Origin: Bryobacteraceae bacterium
GTDB lineage: Bacteria; Acidobacteriota; Terriglobia; Bryobacterales; Bryobacteraceae
Length of the DNA: 60,476 bases
Direction: 5' to 3'
Assembly (NCBI GenBank): GCA_041685075.1
Contig: JAWLGN010000001.1
Span: 1-60,476, forward strand
Positions within the stretch are counted from its first letter, which is position 1. Each line of letters starts with the position of its first letter. Below, in pieces: positions 28,301 through 36,517 of the stretch. The position numbers were made by a program, and so were the translations under genes. Below the pieces are notes generated by a model that did no database searches, had not been told where the DNA came from, and saw only the letters and a program-made list of their open reading frames with translations.

Positions 28301-28567
28301 GCCTAAAGCCCCGCCGCCCTGTGCCGATCCGCGGAACGTTACGGCCTGTCCGTTGAGAGCCGCGAGCTTCAACTCGCCGCCGCCCGCCACGGATGCCGCT
28401 ATCGAGCCCAGCCGGATGGCGCCCGGCGGAAAGGGGCGGTTTTCCACCAGGGCACGCGCGACCTCGAGCGAATCGAGGCCCCGCACCTCCAGCGTGGCGT
28501 CCGCGAGATCCGCCAGCAACTTGCCGTCTTTTCGAAATAGGGGAACTGCAACACCCGGGGTGGCCAT
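25391..28567 (-). CDS. large hypothetical protein (1058 aa), no recognisable domain
   Basis: Balanced protein-like composition over 3.2 kb, unlike the antisense ORFs. The ATG at 28567 is preceded by AGGAGA with a 6-nt spacer. The track ORF starts at 28594. By eye there is no signal peptide, TM helix, canonical Walker A or HExxH. Confidence 0.8.
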   Translation of the reverse strand: MATPGVAVPLFRKDGKLLADLADATLEVRGLDSLEVARALVENRPFPPGAIRLGSIAASVAGGGELKLAALNGQAVTFRGSAQGGGALGVYSTSADLVEDVGSEDGIVNNAIAFPDSGTDRYLALRWHYDVNGAAAGALALGHVAVKFGMEGSSAGKFITIRRFETDPNARDGVQGLIDAWTLPSRIGGPADIPAGTWIVAEVDGGFKASLGATVGLDYSWVRATRLNELSGVLGLRIQAAVEATLGFEAAGKYALMVSRESLDPNTRVVRLRLHKLAKKGWNFALHAAAGLEPRTDGLLPESMEEFLSAILGVHGAQIVEYLGEIRRWTDPQTPLNTLAGDFLVELAKKQFAETFRSSPQEAYGRAQAKILEFLDRWTSPQLGHRAATLLWSLIGRREELAELEPTLRALAAGDAEAIRTIIRGVLARAEAVPGPARGFLEAVTPMNALAAIDRIADIERIRGAAQNALDILDGKVLNELVDYAVERFGIRQILETDFDELDKRLKERLSAFLGRVIDRSSLEELRAALRAVLAKADDIYAAIREAGSRRYEASFLYNYQSATPKEALVDVSFDFGRNPDLGPVLRNAIAGDFASDGLFTRPIDGVTLHEGRLTHGITRRSSVEINLPYFRSDTGSITQSLAAFEVRAEGSRITLDSSNEIFRRGRWAGRLALMMDIPAAARQGVHRFADREELEDGMAISYSFHIARKALRTVQLERQLRPIVETYLPGEFGDEKATLAEWVWDLDKLADAVENNGTGLIGNALLSLDVSMPGRVLAGWWNAPADSKDPAWRALSKNIQQALRRLVPYVYFQDLDRYKGQNAAACAVMLYSSLPPANSVQVENGQVRFDTGKSYYWNFLDERPEGDLTLMIGNRLTDNALVLRMDEAHELLANTPGLKSHAGFYSPGEFSDVKLAGSTGVGRMLLRDSLLFVEAEVIKGAVDAGLSIARFRQSRNDEQAIEALDRFGARIVETFNKRLTSLFDAPDAPQLLRNLGLMVFLEVSRALHSPLGAVRPAARLEVRVLRDGAPFPPLGFPDELQIDPADVLIAQPILSAA

Positions 28568-28612
28568 AAATACTCTCCTGGTAGGAGAGACCATATCCCG
28601 GAGACAGGCAGT

Positions 28613-28638
28613 CCGACAACAGAATTTTCTGTCGTCGG
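28613..28638 (-). other. hairpin between rpoD and the large orphan gene
   Basis: ccgacaacag / ctgtcgtcgg form a 10-position stem with one mismatch and a 6-nt loop (aatttt). No U-tract on either strand. Confidence 0.3.
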
Positions 28639-28685
28639 GAAAGCGCTTTGTATGGGTGGCTACAGGCTGAGGGGGCGGCGCGCGA

Positions 28686-30212
28686 TTACCGCGCCGCCAT
28701 GAGTGCGCGAAGCCGGCGGGCGCGCTCGGGCGCGCGGAGCTGCCGGAGGGCCTTGGCTTCGATCTGCCGGATCCGTTCCCGGGTCACGTCGAACTCCTGG
28801 CCGATCTCCTCGAGCGTGTGCTCGCGCTCGCAGCCGATGCCGAACCGCATCCGGATCACCTTCTCTTCCTTCGGGGAGAGGGTCTTCAGGATGCCGGCGG
28901 TCTCATCCCGCACGTTGGCCTCGATCACCGCATCCACCGGCGACCCCACCCAGCGGTCCTCGATCAGGTCGCCCAGGGCGGACTCGCCGTCGCGGCCCAC
29001 AGGAGTCTCCAGCGACACCGGGTCGCGGGAAATCGTCTTGAGCTTCTGCACTTTTTCGACCGGGATGTCCATCCGGCGGCCGATTTCGTCATTTGTCGGA
29101 GCACGGCCCAGTTCCTTCTCCAGCTCCCTCGATGCACGTAGGAACTTGTTCATGGACTCGTTCATGTGCACGGGGATGCGGATGGTGCGGGACTGGTCTG
29201 CGATGGCGCGGGTGATGGCCTGCCGGATCCACCAGGTGGCGTAGGTCGAAAACTTATAGCCGCGGCGGTATTCAAACTTGTCGGCGGCGCGCATCAGCCC
29301 GATATTGCCCTCCTGGATGAGGTCCAGCAGGTGCAGGCCGCGGTTGACGTACTTCTTGGCCACCGAAACCACCAGCCGGAGGTTGGCTTCCACCAGGTCC
29401 TTCTTGGCGCGCTCGGCTTCCTGCTCGCCGTGGCGGATCACCGTGAGGGTGTGCTTGAGTTCCGTAAGCGACGCCACCGCCGAGGCCTCACGCCGGCGGA
29501 TCTCGCGCTTGAGTTCACGCAGCCGCTGCTGCTGCACGGGCCCCGATCGCGGGTCGATCTTGCGCGCCTCGTTGTCCAGGTGGCTCAACTCCTCCACGGC
29601 ACGCTCGATTTCCCGGGAGAACTCCTTCCATTTCACGGGTTTGAAGGGGATGCGGCGGATCGCCGTGGAGGTCTCGACGCGCGCCCGGTTGAGCTTGCCG
29701 CAAAGCCTCTTGCGGGACCGCTTGTTGGTCAGCGGGGCGGCATCCAGCTTTTCAATGAGCTGTTGCAGCCGGCGGTGGGCGCTCACCGTATCCATGAACA
29801 ACTTCATCAACTCGGCGCGTTTCTTGAAGTCGGCCGGGGTGCCCTCCTCCACGTCGCCGATTTCCACCAGCCCGTCCAGTTCGAGCGCGCCCTTTTTGAG
29901 TTGCTCGGCCAGCTCCACCACCGCCTGCTGAACCAGGGGCGACCGGCTGATGGCCTTCTGCATCCGCAGTTTGCCTCGTTCCATCCGGCGCGCCAGGTCC
30001 ACCTCGCCCTCCCTGGTCAACAAAGGAACGGCGCCCATCTCGCGCAGGTACACTCGAACCGGATCGTCCGTATAGATGGACTCCTCCGCCACTGGGGTGT
30101 GCAGGAAGTCCTCGTGCGCGGCCTCCGGGTCGAAAAACTTGCCCTCTTCCTCGAAACTCAGACCAAGGGATTTGGGAGTGTCGGCAAGGTATTGATCTTC
30201 GAAATGATCCAC
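28686..30212 (-). CDS. rpoD: primary RNA polymerase sigma factor (sigma-70)
   Basis: 508 aa. Region 2 [19 protein letters not shown], region 3 and region 4 ([18 protein letters not shown]). GTG start with a GGGGGAGGTGA SD. Confidence 0.95.
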   Translation of the reverse strand: MDHFEDQYLADTPKSLGLSFEEEGKFFDPEAAHEDFLHTPVAEESIYTDDPVRVYLREMGAVPLLTREGEVDLARRMERGKLRMQKAISRSPLVQQAVVELAEQLKKGALELDGLVEIGDVEEGTPADFKKRAELMKLFMDTVSAHRRLQQLIEKLDAAPLTNKRSRKRLCGKLNRARVETSTAIRRIPFKPVKWKEFSREIERAVEELSHLDNEARKIDPRSGPVQQQRLRELKREIRRREASAVASLTELKHTLTVIRHGEQEAERAKKDLVEANLRLVVSVAKKYVNRGLHLLDLIQEGNIGLMRAADKFEYRRGYKFSTYATWWIRQAITRAIADQSRTIRIPVHMNESMNKFLRASRELEKELGRAPTNDEIGRRMDIPVEKVQKLKTISRDPVSLETPVGRDGESALGDLIEDRWVGSPVDAVIEANVRDETAGILKTLSPKEEKVIRMRFGIGCEREHTLEEIGQEFDVTRERIRQIEAKALRQLRAPERARRLRALMAAR

Positions 30213-30364
30213 TAAGGCTCACCTCCCCCTCGGACAAGCGCAATCAGTCGAACCGTGCTGCCGGCTTGCTCTTGGGGTGTCAGTTGAACGTTTTTCGAAT
30301 TGCTGGCCCAGCCGGAAAGACAAGGAAAGCAACCTTAGGGTTCCTTTTCCGGGCGCTTCGACTG

Positions 30365-30393
30365 ATCATAACACCAATCCCGGAGAAAGTTAA
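30365..30393 (-). promoter_or_regulatory. candidate sigma-70 promoter for rpoD (extended -10)
   Basis: The minus strand reads TTAACT-17 nt-TATGAT with a TG upstream (TGTTATGAT). It lies in the AT-richer 324-nt gap, about 150 nt upstream of the rpoD start. Confidence 0.3.
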
Positions 30394-30536
30394 GTCCCAA
30401 TTCTAAAGATGTTTCAGAACTTTTCGTGGTTACAGGGAATGCCCACTGAAGGCCATATTCGGGATTCCGCCCTGTCCGCGCGGAACCCCGCGTGAGTGTT
30501 GAAGATCACATCGGCAGCTTCTTCGGATGTTGCGAA

Positions 30537-31001
30537 TCACATCACCGGCTTCTGCGGCGCCAGCTTCCGAATCTCGTTGACGAAGGCTTGCTCGTCCTGG
30601 AAATCACGGTAAACGGAGGCGAAACGTACATAGGCGATTTTGTCCAGGTTTCGGAGCTGCTCCATGAGGAATTCTCCTATTTCCGTAGTAGAAAGTTCGC
30701 GATCCGGCGAGTCCGCCACCTTGCTTTCCACTTCGTCCACGATCTCGGACAGCCGTCCCATGCCGATGGGCCGCTTTTCGCAGGCTTTCAGCAATCCGGT
30801 GAGCACTTTCTGGCGGTCGAATTTCTCGCGGCGGCCGTCCTTCTTGATCACCATGTACGGTACTTCGTCGATGCGCTCGTAGGTGGTAAAACGCCGCTCA
30901 CAGGCCAGGCACTGCCGGCGGCGCCGGATGGCATCTCCCTCCTTGCTTTCCCGCGAATCCACGACGCGATCCTGGATGTGCGAGCAAAACGGGCACTTCA
31001 C
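30537..31001 (-). CDS. nrdR: transcriptional repressor NrdR
   Basis: 154 aa starting at GTG 31001. Zinc ribbon (V)KCPFC...CLAC and an ATP-cone (VIKKDGRREKFDRQKV...). It is the 3' part of the 515-aa track ORF. Confidence 0.92.
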   Translation of the reverse strand: MKCPFCSHIQDRVVDSRESKEGDAIRRRRQCLACERRFTTYERIDEVPYMVIKKDGRREKFDRQKVLTGLLKACEKRPIGMGRLSEIVDEVESKVADSPDRELSTTEIGEFLMEQLRNLDKIAYVRFASVYRDFQDEQAFVNEIRKLAPQKPVM

Positions 31002-32098
31002 CGCTGCACCTCCTGCTCCAACTGCTTCAACTTGCTCCAATTCAGGCCTTCGGCCAGAGCCGATATCAAGCCGACCGGCACCACTACTACAAACGTAATC
31101 ACCCACAGAACCATGGCCACGCTGGTGGCCGCTTCGAGCGGGATGCGGAACAGTTCCGTCAGCACCAGCACCGAGACCACCTGCACGCCGCCGCCGATAC
31201 CGGGTATCTGGATAACCGCCCCGAACGCCAGGAACCCCATGAAAATAAAGACGTCTACCAGCCCGAAGGGGAGTACGGAGCCGTAGGCCCGCACGGCCGT
31301 CATGATGCTGCCCGCGATCAGGATCCATTCCAGGACGGTGTAGGAGGTCAGCAGCACCAGCGCCTGCCGGCTGCGGGTGGATTCCACCCCCTGTACGAAG
31401 GCGTTCACCAGTTGCTCGGCGCGCGCAAAGCGCTTCTCCGGCAGAAAGCGCAAGGCCGCCAGCAGGCGGTCGCGCATGGGGGTGGCGAAGTTGCGGATCA
31501 GCACCAGCACCACCAGGCAGATCACCCCGATGGCGCCCGCCGCCCATCCTCCGGTGGCCAGCACCCAGCTCAGCGCCGGGCCCGCCTGGACCTCCGAATA
31601 CCGCACCCGGCTCAGAGCGAAACCGAACAGCACCAGGGCCATCATCAGGTCGTAGATACGCTCCAGCAGCAGGGCGGCAAGCTGCGAGGATAGCGGCACC
31701 CGCTCCTTGGCCGAGATCAGGTAGGGCCTCACGAACTCGCCGGGACGCCCGAATACCGTGATCGCCGCAAAGCCGATCATGGTCGCGGAGGTGATCCCCC
31801 AGAAGCTGGGGTCCGCCTTCACCGGCTGCATCAGCACCCGCCAGCGCAGGGCCCTGCCCAGGTAGGTGGAGAGCGCCAGCGCGACCGAAGCGGCCACCCA
31901 ACCCCACCGCAGTTCCCTCAAGGTAGACCAGAAGACGGCCCAGTCGAAACCTCGCTCGCGAACTCCCCACCAAGCCAGCAGGACGACTGCGGCGGCGACC
32001 GCGATCACGGCGGCCCACTTCCAGTGCTTGGCGATCAGGCTCTCCTCCAGGGGGGGGCGGTACACCCAGGGGTGTGGCACCCACGAAGAATTGAACAT
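30998..32098 (-). CDS. lysylphosphatidylglycerol-synthase-TM-like (UPF0104) flippase-like membrane protein
   Basis: 366 aa from ATG 32098, about 8 TM helices. RALRWRVLM and GEFVRPYL segments are typical of the family. GTGA overlap with nrdR. Confidence 0.7.
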   Translation of the reverse strand: MFNSSWVPHPWVYRPPLEESLIAKHWKWAAVIAVAAAVVLLAWWGVRERGFDWAVFWSTLRELRWGWVAASVALALSTYLGRALRWRVLMQPVKADPSFWGITSATMIGFAAITVFGRPGEFVRPYLISAKERVPLSSQLAALLLERIYDLMMALVLFGFALSRVRYSEVQAGPALSWVLATGGWAAGAIGVICLVVLVLIRNFATPMRDRLLAALRFLPEKRFARAEQLVNAFVQGVESTRSRQALVLLTSYTVLEWILIAGSIMTAVRAYGSVLPFGLVDVFIFMGFLAFGAVIQIPGIGGGVQVVSVLVLTELFRIPLEAATSVAMVLWVITFVVVVPVGLISALAEGLNWSKLKQLEQEVQR

Positions 32099-32174
32099 AT
32101 CATGATAAAGCCTCGTTTCTTCAATGTGAGAGGCGGATTTGACGATCCGCCCCCGCTGCACGGAGGAGCGAGCG

Positions 32175-32840
32175 ATGGCAAGCGCAACCATGGTCCTGGA
32201 GCCCGGCGCCGCCCGGCAAGCTCGAGGCCTGGTTGCTTCGGGGTGGTGCGGAAGCAAGAATTTGCAGCCTGGTTCGGATCTGGACACAAACCTGGTGGCT
32301 CGCTGTTTGAACGGCGATGAAGCCGCCTGGGAAGACCTCGTGCGGGCGCACACCCGCCGCGTCTACGGTCTCTGTTATCGCTTCACCGGCCGCGATACCG
32401 AGGCGCAGGACCTTACCCAGGAGGTCTTCCTTCGGGTGTTTCGCAGCCTGAAGACGTTCCGGGCCAACGAGGGTGTCTTTGCCACCTGGCTGGCCCGCCT
32501 CACGCGCAACCTGCTCATCGATCATTACCGGCGCACGCGCCAGGATCGAGTTACCGACTCTATCGAGGAGCGCCTTGTGTTGCTCGAACAGAGTTCGGAA
32601 ACCGTTGCCCGGCCGGATCGCGCGCTGGCGGGCAGGGAAGCCGGCGAGGTGCTTCAGGCGGCATTGCAGAAGCTCTCCCCGGATTTGCGGGAGGCGGTGA
32701 TTTTGCGCGATTTGCAGGATATGGAATATCGCGAAATCGCGATGATTTTGAATGTTCCGGTAGGGACCGTGAAGTCGCGGCTGAACCGGGGGCGGGCGGA
32801 ACTGGCCCGCATCCTGAGAAAGCACAAGCTGCTGGTATGA
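32175..32840 (+). CDS. ECF (group 4) RNA polymerase sigma factor
   Basis: Region 2 (DLTQEVFLRVF...WLARLTRNLLIDHYR) and region 4 (REAVILRDLQDMEYREIAMILNVPVGTVKSRLNRGR). ATG 32175 is preceded by GGAGGAG. The track ORF starts at TTG 32139, inside an inverted repeat. Confidence 0.85.
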   Translation: MASATMVLEPGAARQARGLVASGWCGSKNLQPGSDLDTNLVARCLNGDEAAWEDLVRAHTRRVYGLCYRFTGRDTEAQDLTQEVFLRVFRSLKTFRANEGVFATWLARLTRNLLIDHYRRTRQDRVTDSIEERLVLLEQSSETVARPDRALAGREAGEVLQAALQKLSPDLREAVILRDLQDMEYREIAMILNVPVGTVKSRLNRGRAELARILRKHKLLV

Positions 32841-33469
32841 ACTGCGCGGAAGCGGAAGTCTACATCTGCGACCTGGTGGACGGCACGCTTGATCCGGCGG
32901 CCGGGGCGGCGCTGGAAGCGCACCTGGCCGGATGTCCGGGCTGCGCGGAACTGGCCCGGGATGCTGCGGCGGGCCACTCTTTCATCGCCCGTGCCGCTGC
33001 CGTCGAGCCGCCGCCGGAACTGGTGACCCGCATCCTCTTCGATCCGCCCTGGGCGCGGGCTCATGCGGGCGCGGGAGCGGGACTGCGCAGCCGCCTGCGC
33101 GCCCTCTGGCACCCGCTGCTGCAGCCGCGCCTGGCCATGGGGATGGCGATGACCATCCTGTCGCTGGCCATGCTGGCCAAGTTCGTCAAACCGGTGCGGC
33201 AGTTGAGTCCCCGGGACCTCAGCCCCACCGCGGTGTGGGCCGCGCTGGACGACCGCGTCTACGACGCCTGGCAGCGCACCGTGAAGTACTACGAGAGTTT
33301 ACGGCTGGTCTATCAAATACAGGCCACGGTACGTGAGTGGCGGCAGCAGGAGCAGGAAGCCGCCGAGTACCCGGAGGAGCCGCCGCCCGACGAGCGCCGC
33401 CTTCCGGTGAACGAGCCAGCCGGCAGGGACGGCGGTAGAACCATGAAGAACGAGGGGAATACGCAATGA
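32837..33469 (+). CDS. zf-HC2 anti-sigma factor, single-pass membrane protein
   Basis: N-terminal H-x3-C-x2-C motif (EAHLAGCPGC), TM helix LAMGMAMTILSLAMLAKFV. ATGA overlap with the sigma gene. Confidence 0.75.
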   Translation: MNCAEAEVYICDLVDGTLDPAAGAALEAHLAGCPGCAELARDAAAGHSFIARAAAVEPPPELVTRILFDPPWARAHAGAGAGLRSRLRALWHPLLQPRLAMGMAMTILSLAMLAKFVKPVRQLSPRDLSPTAVWAALDDRVYDAWQRTVKYYESLRLVYQIQATVREWRQQEQEAAEYPEEPPPDERRLPVNEPAGRDGGRTMKNEGNTQ

Positions 33470-34128
33470 ACTGCATCAATCATCCGGAAACACCCGCCGC
33501 GGCGTATTGCCGCATCTGCGGCCGGCCGCTCTGTGCCGAGTGCCAGCGCCCGCGTGAAGGGGTGATCTACTGTGAAGAGCACGCGCCCGCTATCGGCCGG
33601 GCGGCGGGCCAGACCGCCCGCGCCGCGCTGCCGCCCTCCGGCTCGCCGCAGGACGTCTCCCCGGGGCTGGCCTGCATGCTGGGTTTTATCCCCGGGGTGG
33701 GCGCCATCTACAACGGCCAGTATGCCAAGGGCCTGGTGCACGCGGTCATTTTCGGCCTGCTGGTGAGTATTTTGGATTCCGGCGCCAACGGCCTGGAGCC
33801 GGTCTTCGGCATGCTGCTGGTGGCCTGGATCTTCTACATGGCCCTGGAGGCCTATCACACGGCCAAGAAGCGGCGGGCCGGCGAACCGGTGGACGAGTTT
33901 TCCAGCCTCGTCAACCTGCACGGGCGGCACGCCGGAGGTTTCCCCACCGGCGCGGTTGTGCTCATCGTGCTGGGCGTTCTGCTGCTGCTCAACACCCTGG
34001 ACATCCTCCATTTCCGCCACCTGGTGCGCTATTGGCCGGTGCTCCTGATTCTGGCCGGGGTGTGGATGCTCTATGCGCGCCTGGGCCCCCAGGAGCCGGA
34101 AAGGGAAGTGAGCCATGAGGGCCGCTGA
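33466..34128 (+). CDS. B-box-type zinc-finger protein fused to multi-pass membrane domain
   Basis: CINHPETPAAAYCRICGRPLCAECQRPREGVIYCEEH (B-box-like C/H pattern) followed by about 4 TM helices. ATGA overlap with the anti-sigma gene. Confidence 0.65.
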   Translation: MNCINHPETPAAAYCRICGRPLCAECQRPREGVIYCEEHAPAIGRAAGQTARAALPPSGSPQDVSPGLACMLGFIPGVGAIYNGQYAKGLVHAVIFGLLVSILDSGANGLEPVFGMLLVAWIFYMALEAYHTAKKRRAGEPVDEFSSLVNLHGRHAGGFPTGAVVLIVLGVLLLLNTLDILHFRHLVRYWPVLLILAGVWMLYARLGPQEPEREVSHEGR

Positions 34129-34333
34129 ACTGATCCGCGCTCTGCGCGGGCCGGTGACCCTGGTTACGGTCGGTGTGCTGTTCGCCGCCGACCACTTCAC
34201 CCGCTCTTCCTTCGGCCAGACCTGGCCCGTGCTGTTGATTGTGTTCGGCGTGATGACGCTGCTGGGGCGCGAGACGCGGCCGCAGTACGAGCCGCCCCCG
34301 CCCGGCCCGCCCCTGGGCAGCGATTCACGCTAG
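34115..34333 (+). CDS. small two-TM membrane protein (LiaF/PspC-neighbourhood-like)
   Basis: 72 aa, two hydrophobic helices and a Pro-rich tail. Overlaps the previous gene by 14 nt. Confidence 0.45.
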   Translation: MRAAELIRALRGPVTLVTVGVLFAADHFTRSSFGQTWPVLLIVFGVMTLLGRETRPQYEPPPPGPPLGSDSR

Positions 34334-34346
34334 GAGAACCCGTACC

Positions 34347-35705
34347 ATGAGACGCCGATCGATCGCCGGACCGCTGATCCTCATCCTGCTGGGCGTGTTG
34401 TTCCTGATCTACAACCTGCGCCCGCAGCTCCCGCTAGCGGAGCTGATCGCGGTCTACTGGCCTTTTCTACTGATTGCCTGGGGAGCTATTCGCATCGTGG
34501 AGGTGGTGGTCTCCTATCTGCGCGGCACGCCGCAGCGCGGCGGGCTCAGCGGAGGAGAGGTGGTGCTGATCGTCTTCATATGCCTGGCCGGCTCCGCGAT
34601 CTACTCGGCGCACCGGCACGGCTTCGGTTTCGCCCTGCGCGGAGTGCGGGTGTTCGGCCAGCCGTACGATTTCCCCATCTCGGCCACACGGGATGTCGCC
34701 AATGTCCGCCGGGTGGTCTTTGAGAACCGGAGGGGCAACCTGCGGGTTACCGGGTCGGACGTGAACCAGGTCCGGGCGGAGGGCCACAAGACCGTGCGCG
34801 CGCTCACCCGCGCCGACGCCAACCGCGCCCACCGCAACACGCCGCTTGAAATCGCCATCGAGGGAGACAGCGCTTTTGTGCGCACCAACCAGGAACGCGT
34901 CGCCGAGGATCTGCGGATGTCGGTGGATCTGGAGGTCACGGTGCCGCGTGGCGTGCGCGTGGAGATGCGCGGTCGCGGCGGCGACTACGAATTGACCGAC
35001 CTGGACGGCGACGTCGAGATCACGGCCGACCGCGCCGACGTCCGGCTCTACCGTATCGGCGGCAACGCGCGCGTCGAGCTGCGCCGCAGCAACCTGGTGA
35101 GAGCCGTGGATCTCAAGGGCAACCTGGACCTCGAAAGCGGGCGCGGAAACGACATCGAGCTGGAGAACATCCTCGGCCAGGTAGTCATCAGCGGCGCTTA
35201 CGGCGGCGCGTTGGAATTCAAGAACCTCGCCAAGCCGTTGCGCTTCGAATCCCGCAACACGGAGCTGCGGGTGGAGGCCCTGCCCGGACACATCAGCATG
35301 AACCTGAGCGGCTTCAAGGCCAGCAACCTGGTGGGACCTGTGCGGCTCACCACCACCTCGCGCGACGTCAGCATCGAGGAATTCACCCAGGCGCTGGAAC
35401 TCGAAACCGAACGCGGCGACATCGAACTGCGGCCCGGCCGCCTGCCGCTCGCGCGCATCGAGGCCCGTTCGCGCTCCGGCCGCATCGAGCTGACGCTGCC
35501 TTCAAAAGCGGCCTTCCAGTTGACCGCATCCACCGAGCAGGGCGAAGCCATCAACGACTTCGGACCGCCGCTCGAGAAGGAAACCGAGGGACGCTCCGCT
35601 ACATTGAAGGGGAAAGTCGGGGAGGGACCGTCCATTCATCTGGCCACCGGCCGAGGGAACGTTACGGTGCGGAAGGCGGGGGTGGGAACTACCACTCAGC
35701 TTTAA
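34347..35705 (+). CDS. DUF4097-family (YvlB-like) beta-helical repeat protein with N-terminal TM region
   Basis: N-terminal TM helices, then repeated approximately 20-aa strands (GNLRVTG, GDVEITADRADVRLYRIGGNARVEL, GNLDLESGRGNDIELENI...). Confidence 0.75.
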   Translation: MRRRSIAGPLILILLGVLFLIYNLRPQLPLAELIAVYWPFLLIAWGAIRIVEVVVSYLRGTPQRGGLSGGEVVLIVFICLAGSAIYSAHRHGFGFALRGVRVFGQPYDFPISATRDVANVRRVVFENRRGNLRVTGSDVNQVRAEGHKTVRALTRADANRAHRNTPLEIAIEGDSAFVRTNQERVAEDLRMSVDLEVTVPRGVRVEMRGRGGDYELTDLDGDVEITADRADVRLYRIGGNARVELRRSNLVRAVDLKGNLDLESGRGNDIELENILGQVVISGAYGGALEFKNLAKPLRFESRNTELRVEALPGHISMNLSGFKASNLVGPVRLTTTSRDVSIEEFTQALELETERGDIELRPGRLPLARIEARSRSGRIELTLPSKAAFQLTASTEQGEAINDFGPPLEKETEGRSATLKGKVGEGPSIHLATGRGNVTVRKAGVGTTTQL

Positions 35706-35711
35706 ACGGTT

Positions 35712-35745
35712 CCGGGGGGAGCGCCCGAGACACCGCTCCCCCCGG
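35712..35745. terminator. perfect 12-bp GC hairpin between convergent genes
   Basis: ccggggggagcg (35712-35723) pairs with cgctccccccgg (35734-35745), 10-nt loop. Lies between the stop at 35705 (+) and the stop at 35760 (-). No canonical U-tract. Confidence 0.5.
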
Positions 35746-35759
35746 CTGCCGAATGAGTG

Positions 35760-36263
35760 CTACCGCGTTTTTGCCACCAGCACCGATTTGCCTGCCGGCA
35801 GGGCGGGCTTGCGCTCCTGCTCAACGCGCTGTTTCCGGCCGGGCTCCGGCTGCTTCTGGTGGTGCGGCGTGGTCTCGCGGCGGGAGGGTGTCCCGTCGAG
35901 CCGCTCGCCCTCACCCTGGTTCCACCAGATCACGCTCTCGGCGCAATACAGGCTCAGGGTATCGAGCAGCCGGTGCAGGGAGGCGGCCTCTTCCTTGGTA
36001 AATCCGCGCTTCTCGTTGGCGAAGGACATCACTGCGTCGTCGGGAGTGATCTCGTACCGGTCCGACTGCTTGACGACGAACTGACCATTGTTCTCCGTGC
36101 CCCGCTGCACGACCCATGTAAGCTTGTGGTTGGTCAGATCCCAGGTCACCGATTCCAGGCGTTTCTTCTCTTTGGCGCTGCTTTCAGCCCGATTTTCGGC
36201 TTTTTTGTCCTGCGCGCAGGAGATTGCCGCCATGGAAAGCATAAGAACGACCGCAGTCTTCAT
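35760..36263 (-). CDS. hypothetical lipoprotein
   Basis: Signal peptide with lipobox-like AISC (MKTAVVLMLSMAAISCAQ). GAGGAGG SD upstream. Charged, low-complexity C-terminal tail. Confidence 0.6.
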   Translation of the reverse strand: MKTAVVLMLSMAAISCAQDKKAENRAESSAKEKKRLESVTWDLTNHKLTWVVQRGTENNGQFVVKQSDRYEITPDDAVMSFANEKRGFTKEEAASLHRLLDTLSLYCAESVIWWNQGEGERLDGTPSRRETTPHHQKQPEPGRKQRVEQERKPALPAGKSVLVAKTR

Positions 36264-36517
36264 GATTCCTCCTCGTCTGAGATTCGTTCATGGCGAACCC
36301 GCGTAGAGGACTCCATCCCGAATCTTGCAGTCTCCCTGTGCAAGTTGGATGCCGGGCGCGAGCGCGCGGGTGCAGGTTTGTGCTGTAGCGCATGGCATGG
36401 CCGTGTAGCACCAGGGAGTGTCATCTATGCGACACCCCGTTGTACCGCAAACTCGCGCCCTGCTGCCAGGAGGGATTAGCCTGGAATCAGTGTGCATGGA
36501 CGGAATCCGATGGTGGA

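Noticed and set aside
30537-32084. 515-aa ORF as a single protein
   Set aside because: Only the last 154 codons (NrdR) are protein-like. The remainder is the off-frame shadow of the UPF0104 membrane protein gene.
36381-36400. TGGCATGGCCGTGTAGCA as a second sigma-54 promoter
   Set aside because: The GG to GC spacing is 2 nt too long relative to the consensus.
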